Below are positions 1 to 12,879 of a DNA stretch of 60,000 nt, piece after piece (positions within the stretch are counted from its first letter, which is position 1; each line of letters starts with the position of its first letter). The notes under the pieces are model-generated. The model did not search any database, was not told the origin of the DNA, and saw nothing but the letters and a program-made list of their open reading frames with translations. The stretch comes from Lytechinus pictus (Eukaryota): positions 23,624,001 to 23,684,000 of the forward strand of contig NC_087251.1 in assembly GCF_037042905.1 (NCBI RefSeq), given 5' to 3'. The position numbers were made by a program, and so were the translations under genes.

Positions 1-56
1 AAAACGGATGTCATTTTAACTTCTCCGGGGTAATAGGCCCAAATAATTTTTAGTAT

Positions 57-521
57 GGTCAGTTCCCCCAAGTCTGCGCGGTCTCCCAAGTCTGCGCACC
101 CGCGTATCTGCGCGATTCTAGTAAAAGAAGATACGCAACGAGCACGAACTGAACACATGCAATACATAGACAGGTATTCATAAAAAAATCCGACTCAAAA
201 TGGTGGAAAAATAATGAATTCAGGGCATTTCATGTGACGGCCTCAAAATGCAGCCTTTGTCATCAAAATCCCTGAATCGTGTGCAAAGTGAATGAGTGCG
301 CAGACATGGGGTACCATTTTTTTTTTCAATCTGAAAATGACTGCCCAAAGGTTTTTTAAAGAAAATCTTATATTTTCTTTCTTTTTTTAATGAGAAATTT
401 GGTACACTTACTCTTGATAATATAAGGAACACTATTAACCAATAGATTTTGTGAAATTAGAAGGAATTCTTGTTAAATCTTAACTCAAATTGTTAGGTGC
501 GCAGACTTGGGGCCCACCATC
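57..521. mobile_element. Non-autonomous DNA element/MITE (same architecture as 12482-15001)
   Basis: CCCAAGTCTGCGC repeated at left; inverted GTGCGCAGAC(A/T)TGGGG at ~296 and ~497. Confidence 0.6.
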
Positions 522-1599
522 ATATGTTTTCTTTTATTCTCCCGCCGTCTTTTCCCCAACCATTTTCCAGTATTTTTTTCAATTACCGGTAAGCTTGAAA
601 TATCAAAATGGGCGGCAATCTCTCTGACCCCTCATGCTTTCTCATTTAGATAAACAACATGAAAAAAAAATTTTTAAAGAAATTATTTATGGTAAAAAAC
701 GTGTTTATAACGTTCAGCAAAAAAAAAATTGTTTAAAACTAAGATGTTACTAAACATGCTAAATCATTTACATGTATTTATTTTTATTTCATTTTCATTA
801 TAATTGTTTTTTTTTTGCTGAGATTAACTTTAATCAATGAAAATTAATTGTTGGATTTGTGCTACATGTAACTTGAGATATGATCTAGAAAAAAATCTGC
901 AGTTACAAAATAGCTAATTGAATTAGGCCTATAGCTTACGAATCCATCACAGTCATTACAAATGAAGAAGGTCTATAAAAGAAAAGATTATGGAAAGTCA
1001 GTTATCGCCCCCTTTGTCATGTTAAAGCAATAATGTAGTCTCGACTTCTTAACTTCAAAATGTTGAACATATATATATTTTTTTATATTCTTAAAGCTTA
1101 TATTCCGATATAAACTTCCATAAAGTTATCAACTTTAAATATGACAAACGTTTATGATCGTTGTCATTTTTAGCACTGTTCCTGTAAACAGTATTTTTTC
1201 CATTGCGGATTGATTTCACACATTTTTCTATGTTTTAATTATTATTGCAAAGCACTACTTTACCCACTTGGACATGTTTGCATCAATTTTCATATTTTGC
1301 TTGTCTTCGGTTACTCATCATGCAAAGGTATGTTTACTCTAAACACTCACATTTGTATTTCTTGCGTTATAATTTTATCTGACAGATAAAATAAATAAAT
1401 TAGATTTTTCACACGCTGCATCTCATATTTTCCTTTTTAGTCTCATAAAATCAGACACCTTGATTTTGTTTACTCCATTCAAACCCTATTTTTACCTCAA
1501 CAAATAACATTTAACGCATATTTTGCAAAATCATCATTATAAATAAGAATTCTATAAAAATTCAGAATGTTGAACTAATACAATGTCGAAATTACTTAA

Positions 1600-2207
1600 A
1601 GGACAAGTCCACCCCAACAAAAATATGATTTGAATAGAAAGAGAAAAATCAAACAAGAATAACACTGAAAATTTCATCAAAATCGGATCTGATATAAGAA
1701 AGTTATGACATTTTTAAGTTTTGCTAAATTTCAACAGACAGTTATATGCACATCATGGTCAGTATGCAAATGAGGGGACCGATGACATCACCCACTCACT
1801 ATTTCTTTTGTATTTTATTATATGAAATATGAAATATTTGAATTTTCTCCTTAATGTCATGTGAGCAAAGTTTCATACCTCCCTTAACATGAGGGATTTG
1901 ATTGTTTTAACATTTTGTGGTTCAAACAAGATGGTCATAATTGTCATATCCGTAAAAAATGAATTATTGTATAATTCAAACAATAAAAAACAAAAGAAAT
2001 AGTGAGTGAGTGACATCATCAACTCTCTCATTTGCATATCACTGAGTTTAGCATACATGTAGAACTGTTTTGTGAAAAATAAGCGACACTTTAAAATGTC
2101 ATAACTTTCTTATTTTCCATCCGATTTTGATGAAGTTTTCAGCATTATTCTTGTTTGATTTTTCTCTATTTATTGAAATCAACAGTTTTCTGGGGTGGAC
2201 TTGACCT
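1600..2207. mobile_element. Kolobok-like MITE (TTAA target), copy 1
   Basis: TTAA|AGGACAAGTCCACCCC ... GGGGTGGACTTGACCT|TTAA; largely palindromic. Confidence 0.85.
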
Positions 2208-2899
2208 TTAACTAATTCAATTTTTATGTCAGACAAGTCTCTATCGTTGAAATATCAATGAAAGGTGTCTCTAAAAGGACACCGTGTTCTAAATAAGGGA
2301 AATAATGAAAATTTCGATTTTATCCAGTTATGTTTGTGAATCTTAAAAGTTTTTTCTCTTTTTACCTCATTAAGTAAGCTCCATACATGAATTCTACAAT
2401 CAGTAATAAATAAAACATTATTTGATCTCCATTTATTGAAATATATGATTTTATGAAAAGACGTCATTTTGAAATAAAAGGTTTAGGAGGCGACAAAGAC
2501 TAAATATTTTTCCGATACTATCGATATCAAACGATGTCGCGGACTTGGTAGACTAAATTGCCTTCGTGAAACGGAAAACGCTGATTTGTTGCCAATCTTC
2601 CCATCTCATCTGGTCCTAGGACGTTCCTACGTATCGCTCATCTCGTCATGCAACAGGCCCCAGGTCGCCAGGAGGCTCCTAGTCCTAGAGTAGAGAGTAA
2701 AAATTATTTAGTAACGTAACATATGCTTGCTCTCCACGGAGCCAGGGATTGCGCCCCATTTATGTGCGTGTACCTCAAAAAAATCTGAAACTTTCGCCCC
2801 CGAGATTTCTACTTTCCTTCTAAAAGATCTAGCAATCATGAAAATCGGGTATCATACAACTACATTTCTATGATATTGATTTCATTTTTAAACAAGAAT

Positions 2900-3240
2900 T
2901 CATTGAAAAATTGAGGAAAATATGAAAAGACGGGGGAAACTTGCTCGATGTTTACACCGCCATCTTGTTTCTTATCGTTCTTCGCCAACGTAGCGTCTGT
3001 TAATGCGCCCCTTTGCCCATCAAAAGGGGGAATTAAGCTATAATCAAGGAGGGTGTGCTAGCGCCCCCTTTTCTCCATAGACGCTGTAGTTAAGCGTCAG
3101 TCGAACCTCCACCATTACAAGCCCAATGGGAGACATCCCTCTGTGTAGGAGGAGGAAAAAGAAAGAAAAAAATGTAAAAAAAAAAAAAAAACTCATCCAA
3201 AACAGCAGATATATCAGTCTAGCATGATTGATAGGTAGTC
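2900..3240. promoter_or_regulatory. Candidate (possibly bidirectional) promoter
   Basis: CpG-enriched. YY1-type CCGCCATCTTG at ~2957, two GCGCCCCCTTT motifs (~3005, ~3061), CCAAT at ~3123, possible + strand donor TAG|gtagtc at 3234 and weak - strand donor GAG|gtacac at ~2774. Confidence 0.35.
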
Positions 3241-3387
3241 GAGGCGAGAGTACTTTGAGTTCGATTCAAAAGGTGTGATTTGGGGGGACTAGAACTAGAC
3301 CTGATGAAAAATATGACCTTGAATCTATATCATGTTTTTCAGCATTCGTACACTGTTTCACTCCTTTTCTAGATCTAGGCTTCAATT

Positions 3388-3498
3388 AGTCTCAAAATCA
3401 GTGATTTAGAGCCTGCACCTAATATTTTGACATGTATCAGCAGTAAATTTATAACGTCCCAAGATAGGTGTGGACTTTAAATCACAGATTTTGAGACT
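3388..3498. repeat. Short palindromic MITE-like hairpin
   Basis: AGTCTCAAAATCAGTGATTTAGAG ... CTTTAAATCACAGATTTTGAGACT. Confidence 0.7.
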
Positions 3499-3818
3499 GA
3501 TATATGCTTTTCACACTGTACTTTTTTTCCTTAACCCCGGGAATTGATGGGGCTAAGGGGGGGCCCACAACGCTCCAACAATATTAATGAATTATTACTT
3601 ATTGTTTAATAATATTGTATGATTTTTGTAAAATTATTTTTAAGTTATCTTTTTCATGCTTAGAATCTTGGATGTGGGTGTGAGTGTGACTGTGAGTTGG
3701 ACTTTGATTATACATGTAAGTTAAAGAAATGAATTCAATATCTAATTTCTACTCCGTCTATTCCAGTACAATTACTCCGCCATGTAATAACTAATATGTA
3801 CTGTAAGCCCACATACCC

Positions 3819-4682
3819 TAGACCAAAAGCTTCAGTCTCTGTATTTTGGTTGTTCCGCTGAACTGCGTTGGCTCACTCACCAATACATAGACTGAAGAGC
3901 TTGGAGGCCCGTACGTACAGACAACGTATTAGCAGTAACATTAGATCTAACATTCGGCGGAAACCCGATTTTCCGATCGTTTCTTGTACATAAAATGTCA
4001 CATTATGAAAAAGAAATCACATCCATATTTACGAAAAATTGTTTAAAATTCAGAAATATTGTACCTTAGACCGCAGTTACCGCTAATTCCTTTCAAATGA
4101 TGATCGAAACATCGTCATCTTCGATCCTTTCGTTGGTCAACGTAAGTTGCCATCTTTGATGACGTCATCATCCTTACAGACGTATTTACCAGTCGCTATA
4201 TATCGCGATTTGTGCCGCTGCTTTGTGCTTGTAGATGTGCGTGTGTTCGGAACTTGTCTCTCGCATTGATTGGCCAGGGTATCAAAAATTTAATCGGAAA
4301 GCCTTGATAAAAGCACAACTCGTTGACAGCTAGTGATTGACGGCTGCCATTTTTTCCTCTCCGACAGAAAATTTAAAAAATAAGGAATAACCCCGGGGAA
4401 TAACTCATCGGTAACGTATATTTTCGATATTTTATAGAACTTACACAGTATCAAAAGAAAGATTAGAGTTTAACAAAAATAGTGGGCCTTCGCGTTCAAG
4501 ATAATATAATGTCATTTAGAATCTAAAAGAAATTAAAATCTGGACAAAACCCGTCCTCCGCATTGCCGACCAGATTACACATGCAGGCTCGCACTAACAC
4601 ACTACCGTCGGTGAATGGGGATTATAGTAAAATGTCAGAAATTGTTGAATAAATTCCCAGAAACGACGGTTATTCCTGTCTA
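3819..4682. mobile_element. Non-autonomous insertion with TAGAC...GTCTA termini and 9-bp TSD (AcademH-like or MULE-like)
   Basis: TSD CACATACCC at 3810-3818 and 4683-4691; an empty-site paralog is present at ~13733. Confidence 0.75.
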
Positions 4683-4710
4683 CACATACCCTAACTTTTA
4701 ATACTGAAGT

Positions 4711-6588
4711 CAAGGCTCCACATTAACTTTTTTTGGTGGTGGCCCGTTCGGGCCACCAAAACCATCAAATAATTTTTTTGGGTGGCCCGATATTAAAGTT
4801 TGGTGGCCCGAAAAATATAAAGAAAAACATTAAAAATGAATAAAACAAACTTCTGAAATATTAATTCTGCAGCCACTACCACTATGTTACTTTTACTTTA
4901 TACATCTTGTATGTAAACCTTGTTTGCTGTTATTTTACTTTGCTAATTGATAAATGTTTCTATCGTTGTAAAAATGAAATGATTGAAAGAGAATAAATGA
5001 ATTGTATTGTTCGCAGGTTGTGTGGACTTTTTTTTAAATCTCTGTATAGAGATAATGGTAAAGTAAATAAATAGTGCATAGCAAATTCAGATAGATGTAC
5101 AAAACAATGGTTTTTCCTTCCTTCCTCTTTGAATCCTAAAACCTAGATTATGCATGCCCCAAATCCAGTTTATTTCTGTTTTCTCTTTTGCAGCATATTA
5201 TAGAAGGAGAAAATCACAGAAAAATATGCTGCAAAATTAGAACAATGCATAAAAGGGGGAAACAAACGAAAATAATTTTCAAAAAGTATATTACAAAAAG
5301 AAAACAAAAATAATAAAAGAAATTAGTGAAATAAAACAAAAGAAAGAAAATGAAGAAAGAAAAAAACAAAGAACAGGGAAAAAAAGAAAAAAAGAAAAGA
5401 AAAAAATTAGAGAGAAAAAAGAAAAGAAAATGAAACAAAAATTAATAAAACAAAGTTAATAAAAAAATGGGGAAAAGGGGAAAATTAAGAAGCCATTACA
5501 TATATTTTTTAACAGCTGTGGCAACAGTCTATTCTGACTGGAATATAATTAAAAGCCAAGCAAATAATTTTCACTTACTTTTTGGGAATGGCACATTTTT
5601 ATTTTTATATCCTTTAGTTTGTATTATTTTATTTTCAGTAGAAACATATTTTTTAATCAGGCATATTCAATGGGAAGGGGTATAAATGGTTTAACCACTG
5701 TCAAAAAAAATGAAAGGGAAAAAAAATAAGAAAACGGCAAAAATTATATCTGGAAAAAGTGTGAGAAAAGTCCTTCCCTATATTTGCCAAAATGTTGGAA
5801 AAAAAATCACATTTCATATCAATGAAATGCCTTCCCAAAGTATTTACTTTCTCCAGAGTGGTTTAAGAAGTCATTTATAAACAAGAAAGAAAGAAACTGT
5901 CTGTTTGTTTTTGGCTAGAAAATACACAGCTTCGAAAGAAACCAAGTATCAACATACATACAAATGCACACGTGGGACTGTGATGTACTTGCCTATGTGT
6001 TTTTATGTGTATTAATTCATGTGGAAATCAGTCTTTTTGAGTCAAAAGAGAGGTCATAATTCCTCTTCTTAATACTTGCAAATAATCAGGGTACACCAGA
6101 TTTTCGTAATATAGACTGTAGAATTGCATTTCATTGGTGTAAAATGTGACTTTGACTGAGATTTTCAAAGTTCTGTGGAAGATTTCTCAGCAGCAACATT
6201 TTTTATCGCAGCTCCCTGAGTCTGAATAGGCTGAGCTAGATCTAGAGCACAGCTGTATGCAGTGGCTTCATGCAAAGCTCACGCCAGCTGGCCGGCGCGT
6301 CTGGCTGGATAATAGCTACTGTATGCTATAGCTGTAGGCCTAATATGCAAACTTTGTGTGTGTGTATCTGTGTGTAGATCAACAAAAAGGGCGCATGACG
6401 AAGTGGCTTGCAATTTGAGCTGTAGAAAGTTGATAAATGCATGCAAAATTGGGAGAAAAATTGCGCTACTTTGAAAATTATTCGGGCCACCAAAACTTAA
6501 CATTTTATCAATAATGGTTGCCCAAGGTGAATTTTTGGTGGCCTTTGGTGGCCCCGGGCCACCGGGCCACCGCTAATGTCGAGCCTTG
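4711..6588. mobile_element. Non-autonomous P-element-like transposon
   Basis: TIR CAAGGCTC(C/G)ACATTA, 7-bp TSD CTGAAGT (4704-4710, 6589-6595), subterminal GGTGGCCC repeats; an empty-site paralog is present at ~13751. Confidence 0.8.
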
Positions 6589-7701
6589 CTGAAGTTCTTT
6601 GAAAATGCAGATCTCCATGAAAATTGCATTTCTCTATGGGGGAGTCTAAATTTGGTGAGAATGTATTCATTGATAACTTAAATATACATGACAATGAAGA
6701 AATCATCAAACTTTATTGGCAGTTTTGAATAATATACCTGAAATGTAAACTCTATCTGAAACAGAAAGTCACCATCATTGAGTCCTTTACTGACCAAATT
6801 ATCCCCCAGAGCTCTGGCAGAGAGACAGAGCTCAGACTGGCTAGCTAAAAGAATAAAAGCCTAAGTGAGATGTTCGTTTCTCTCTTCATACAAAATTTTG
6901 CTTCCGTGCTCCGCACGGGAAAAATATCAGAATTGCCTTTCCCCTTTGTTTCCCCACACCTTTTTTCTACTCCGATTTCCCCTTCCCCGGCCATGGGAAT
7001 CGCATTCTTGCCAGAAATTATAAAGTATACATGGATAGTATGAAAAGAATTTTTTTTTAATTGCACTGACACAATATTTCGGCTCTTCTGTTCAGAGCGG
7101 GTAAACTTTTATACCGTCACTCCCCGAGTCCCCAAATGCTATTTTCCCGTTTTTCAGCAAGCAATTTGTTGGCAAAGCTTCTGCTCAAAGGGGAAAGCAT
7201 GAGATTCTTGCCATGCTATGAGATATGCAAAAGTAGGTACGATGAAACTTTATTCTATATCGCTGCACATCCATCTCCGATCCTGTTTTGGTTTTGCACC
7301 ATTGATTTAAAATTTTGAATATCACTGAAGTTTCTTAATCATACAAAAGGAAGCGCTTAATATTGAGCAAGATTACACAATTTTTTTTCTTCCAAAATAA
7401 GTCACAGAAGTTTCCGTGCTTCGCGTGCATGGGAAAGGAAAAGTCCCTCTTCTAGCTTTCATCATCCCTTTCACATTTTGAGCTATATTTTTCTTCGTAT
7501 TATCTAAGAAATATCAAAATTAGAGCAGGTTCAAGTTTCAGAGAAATTTATACAATTCAGAACTTGCCATTCACGGGAAAAGATCCCTGCATCAGCTTTC
7601 TACAGTCTGTTTTGCGAGTTAAATAAATTTCATGTGGCTAAAGTTTTTACAATCAAATCTGATGTGACTAAGGTAGGTATTTTATATCACTTTTGTTCTC
7701 A

Positions 7702-8210
7702 TTTTTGTCTCGCCTGCATAGCAGATCGAGACTATAGGCGCCGCTTTTCTGACGGCGGTGGCGGCGGCGTCAACATCAAATCTTAACCTAAGGTTAAGTT
7801 TTTGAAATGACATCATAACTTAGAAAGTATATGGACCTAGTTCATGAAACCTGGACATAAGGTTAATCAAGTATTACTGAACATCTTGCCTGAGTTTCAG
7901 GTCACATGACCAAGGTCAAAGGTCATTTAGGGTCAATGAACTTAGACCATGTTGGGAGAATTATTTTCAAAATCTGAACCAAAGGTTGAGTTTTTTATAT
8001 GACATAACTTCGAAAGTATATGGACCTAGTTCATGAAACTTGGACATAAGGTTAATCAAGTATTAGTGAACATCCTGCTTGAGTCTCAGGTCACATGACC
8101 AAGGTCAAAGGTCATTTAGGGTCAATGAACTTTGGTCAAGTTGGGGGTATTTGTTGAATTACTATCATAACTTTGAAAATTTATGGATCTAGTTCATGAA
8201 ACTTGGACAG
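7702..8210 (+). mobile_element. Helentron-associated (HINE/pearl/Tsp-type) element with tandem cores, 3'-truncated
   Basis: 5' subTIR GTCTCGCCTGCAT, short inverted CGAGAC, GGC microsatellite, then 189/163-bp core repeats. Confidence 0.75.
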
Positions 8211-9437
8211 AAAAAAAAAAAAAACGCAACTTGGGAATTCAAAACTGTGTCCTAGCTATTTTCAAGGCTTGTTCATGATTTTGAGTGCGGAGTTCGGATG
8301 ATTTTTAAATGGCAAGCGGAGCTCGAGCATATTCCGCTAGGGGGCCGCTGAGTTGTTATCGCTCGGCAATGATTTTGGGGGCGACTTCCAGATTTTATGT
8401 CGCCCCCGAAATCATGATTTTTGGTGATTTCGAGGGCGACTTTAGGCATTTCCGGGGTGAATTCGCCCGCAGCCCCCGTGTATTTTTTTTCCCTGATGAA
8501 ATGAATAATTTGTATTTTCCAAACTGAAAACCGGACACTCCGAACAATGAACAGGATTGATATCGAATTAAGGATTTGTGGGAGTGCAAGCTTTTTACTT
8601 CCAAGGCCCATTGCAAAAAGAGTTACGACTCAAGTGCAACTCCATCAAAGGCAACTTGATTTTCAACCAGTGATGAGCGTGTATTAGGGACTTGCACTGT
8701 TCTGCAAGATTTGTTTAGTGGCAGTTATTTCTGAAATGGGACATTTAACACGTATGTACTTTTTTAAGAATTGAAAGGATGGGGATCATCTTAAATAAAT
8801 GATGCAAATATTTTGATATAACATTACTAATCTGAAAAATTACATTTTATTAGCACTTTTTGTACGAAGAACACTCCGAGTAACCTAATTAACCATCAAT
8901 GCAAGCACAAAGCGCAAGCAGAAATTTCTATTAACTAACAAAGTAACATGGAAGGAACCCTCTAGCACTTATTTTTCCTTTTTTGTTCTCCTCTCCTTAC
9001 CTTTTTTTTCCTTTTCTTTACACCACCAATGACAAATATTTTCAACGTATGGGCCTGAGATTTCGTACACAGTCACAGCATTGATATAATGCAATGTATA
9101 TTCATGCAAAATTATGAATTTAGTCTGCAATTCTCTTTGCTAGTTGTCTTCATTTGAAAAAGCTGTATCAGTAGAACACTTTATTAGATTTTTTTAAGTT
9201 TGTACCCACTGCATGGGATTAAAAGAAATGTAATTTTGCAAGAACATGTATGAATAATAAGAAAGTTTGATTTTTTTTCTTTAGAATTAGTAGGGCCTAC
9301 AGAGCTGATTCTCGAGTCATTTCCTTCTCACTGTTTACATTTTGATTTCTGATAAAATATAGACAATGAAAATTCCAACATTTCTATTGGTAAGCTATTT
9401 TAAAATTTCTTTGCTATTCATATTACGGTATTTTCAG

Positions 9438-9551
9438 GTTCGAATACACCTTTTATCTGTTTGCAACCTTGTGGTTTCTGTATTAACCCTAGTGCTCTTG
9501 TGTGGATACTGGATAAGGATTGCTATACTTGTGTATTTAGTTCTTATTTAG
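9438..9551 (+). other. Candidate internal non-coding exon (GCF1 5' UTR)
   Basis: ttttcag|GTTCG ... TTTAG|gtaaag bracket 114 bp of unique sequence. Confidence 0.3.
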
Positions 9552-9738
9552 GTAAAGACATTTGCTATATCCATTTACTTCTAGATTCCTAGAAATATAA
9601 TGTATTTACAACTTACTTGGACTATAAATCAAATGATGGTCTACCAGTGTTAAATGTAATTCAATTATTCAGCCTGTGACCATTTTATTTCCCCGGATAA
9701 ATAGTCATTTAAAAGCCATTTGAAAGTTTTGATATTAA

Positions 9739-10306
9739 AGGACAAGTCCACCCAACGAAATGTTGATTTGAATAAATAGAAAAAAATCCAACAAGCATAA
9801 CACTGAAAAGTTCATCAAAATCGCATGTAAAATAAGAAACTTATGACATTTTAAAGTTTCGCTTATTTCCACAAACCAGTTATATGCACATCCTAGTCGG
9901 TATGCAAATGAGGAGATTGATGACGTCATCCACTCACTATTTCTTTTGTATTTATTATATGAAATGTAAAATATTCTAATTTTCTCCTCATTGTCAAGTG
10001 AAACAAAGATGAATCCCCCTGAACATGTGGAATTTGCATTATTCTAATAGATTATGGTTCGGTCAAGTTGGCCCTTATTTCAAATCTGTAAAAAATGAAA
10101 TATTGTGTAATTAAGATTCAAACAATAAAAAACGAAAGGAATAGCGAGTGAGGGACATCATGGACCGTTTCATATTTGTATGTCACTGAGTTGTGCATAT
10201 AATTATTTTGTGAAATAATCTGATTTTTATGAATTTTTCAGCATTATGCTAGTTTGATTTTTTTTCTATATTCAAATCAACATATTCCTGGGGTGAACTT
10301 GACCTT
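9739..10306. mobile_element. Kolobok-like MITE, copy 2
   Basis: Same termini and internal sequence as 1600-2207, TTAA flanks. Confidence 0.85.
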
Positions 10307-11565
10307 TTAAAGAAGTAAAACTTTGCTTTGAAGGATTTTTTTCAGGCAAGTGAAATTCTGGCAAGTATTTTCCAACTATTTAGAAATTCACTTGCCGACT
10401 GGGCAAGTGCTTAAAAAAAGTTATGTAGCACCCTGGCCATCTAATTTTTGTTCAACTGGTGCCCTCTATGGGCAATATATTTATTCTTCCTCAAAAATTG
10501 CCATTTGAGCATGTACATATTTATCTTACAAATTAGATAATTGGATATTAGAAAGCTGAAATTTGCAGCCACTTCTGTGCCTGACAAATTGTTTGGAAAA
10601 AAGAGATTTTGTTCTTTTTTGATCAGGTACCAGGTCAAGACCAATTATCATGTAAAATCAAAACATTCTTTGATTTCATATCCTATGCTCCATAAATGCA
10701 ACTGTTTTACATGTTGGCACAGAGCATATAAATTCATGTACATCTAGTACAGAATTGGAAAAGTGACATATGCTTTTTTTCACTTGTGAAAATTTCCTTA
10801 ACCCTGTTAAAGCTTAGCCCACTTTCTTCTTACATAGCTTTTTTGCAAAGGGGGCTAGCCCCACCCATAGTACAGGATTATTTTGCCTTGCAAAGTAACA
10901 GGATTAGCCAAGCTATTGCGGTGCTAAGAGTGATAGTCCGGGGTCAAGATCGCTAGTGTAAAAAGAAGCCTGGCCAAGCGAAGGACAGTGGTTGATGTAT
11001 ATCCTAGGGGCAACGGAGCCACCAATTCAGCGATTAGCTCTCGTGATTGGCTACCACAATACAGTGATTACTACATTATGTTTGAGATAAGCAGAAATTT
11101 GGTGGGTGTGAAAAGTACAAAAATTTAGCACGGGGTTATTAGGATAGTAGCAATAGTACATGGTTAAGATCATCACATAAAAAGTGTATTGCAGTTTTGT
11201 GGGATTTACCAAAACTTTAAGTGAGATTCAACTGAATATTCATGACGACGTGCATATAACTTTTTTCACAATATATTGCTAAACTTTAAAATTCAATAAC
11301 TTCATTATTTATTATCAGATTTTGATGGAAGTTTCTTTGTTTTGCTCTGAATTTCGCTCTATTTATTTACATATAAAAAGCCCGGAGTATCCCTTCAAAA
11401 TACATCTGTTTGTTATTCTAGAAAGTATAGTAAATATGGCATGGATTTTGAATAAATGGGAAAGTGCTTTGCATTCATCTCTAACTAAATTCCAAGCCCT
11501 TTTGAACATTTTTATGAATTTCTAAGCATGTATATCTTGAAAATGAGTACATATGGACCCCAATA

Positions 11566-12457
11566 TTTGTCTCACCTGCATAGCAGAGCGAGACTATAGG
11601 CGCCGCTTTTCTGACAGCGGCGGCGACGTGGCAACGGCGGCAGCAGCGTCGTCTACATTGAAATCTTAACCAAGGTTAAGTTTTTGAAATGTCATCATAA
11701 CTTAGATCGTATATGGCCCTAGTTCATGAAACTTGGACATAAGGGTATTCAAGTATTACTAAACATCCTTTTAGAGTTTCAGGTCACATGACCAAGGTGA
11801 AAGGTCATTTAGGGTCAATGAACTTAGACCATGTTGAGGGAATCAATATCGAAATCTTAAGTTTTTGAAATGTCATCATAACTAAGAAAGTATATGGACC
11901 TAGTTCGTGAAACTTAGACATAAGGATAATGGTGTATCACTGAAGATACTGCCTAAGTTTCAGGTCACATGACTGAGATCAAAGGTCACTTAGGGTCAAC
12001 GAACTTTGACCATGTTGGGGTGACTTGTGGAATTGTCATCATAACTTTGAAATTTTATTAATCTAGTTCATGAAACTTGGACATAAGACCAACCAACCAT
12101 GTATTCCTGAATATCCTCTGTGCGTTTCAGGAACATGACCAAGATCAAAGGTCATTTAGATCAATGAACTCTGGCCGTGTTGGAGGTATTTGTTGAATTG
12201 GCATGATACTTCAAAGTTTATGGATCTAGTTCATGAAATATAGACATAAGGGTAATCAAGTATAAATGATTGTTTTGCGCACATCTTAGGTCACATGATC
12301 ATGGTCAAAAGTCATTTTGGGTCAATGGACAGTATTTTATTATCATATGACTGTTTTCTTTTGAGAATAATTTTTCAATAGCTGTTTTCAAAGTCAGCAC
12401 TGCTGCTATATCGAATCGCGTAATGCAGGCAAGACTGCCAGAGGCGTTCCACTTGTT
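11566..12457 (+). mobile_element. Complete Helentron-associated element with four tandem cores
   Basis: 5' GTCTCACCTGCAT and 3' ATGCAGGCAAGAC subTIRs, GGC repeat, core units of ~181/163/163 bp, T-rich termini. Confidence 0.8.
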
Positions 12458-12879
12458 ATTAAAGTGCAGCAGTTTCTGTATGATGGGGGTACCTAAAGCT
12501 ACACACTTTGTTTACAACCGATAAAAACTGTGCCAATTTTAATATTTGAACAAATTATCTTTCACTAATTTGTGGCAAACATTCTAAAGATCATAATCCA
12601 AGAAGAAAATATCACAAAAGTCACAAATACGAAAATCCCGCCGTGTTTTCCGAACACCTCTTAATTTTGCCGCCCGATGTAGAAGGGGTCCTAAAGCTAC
12701 GCACTCGATTTGTCATGCAAAAAAATTGTATTTCCCGTGCCTCAAATACTAAAATAAGTTCATATTATTATAGGAAAAAATGACATTAAAGTGAATGCAA
12801 ATGCAACTCCAAAATTCCAAAGAGCCTCTGCAGCCTCTGTATAAAAAAAAATTGAATATGAATCGTTCGTCACTCTGCA

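Noticed and set aside
5214..5685. Hydrophobic ORFs
   Set aside because: Low-complexity A-rich interior of the P-like element
8273..8616. Three overlapping GC-rich ORFs
   Set aside because: No recognisable domain; GGGGCGAC/GTCGCCCC repeats indicate a transposon subterminal region
7702..12457. Regularly spaced repeats (also 54840-55651) as a CRISPR-like array
   Set aside because: Whole units are repeated rather than unique spacers; eukaryotic transposon architecture; no cas genes
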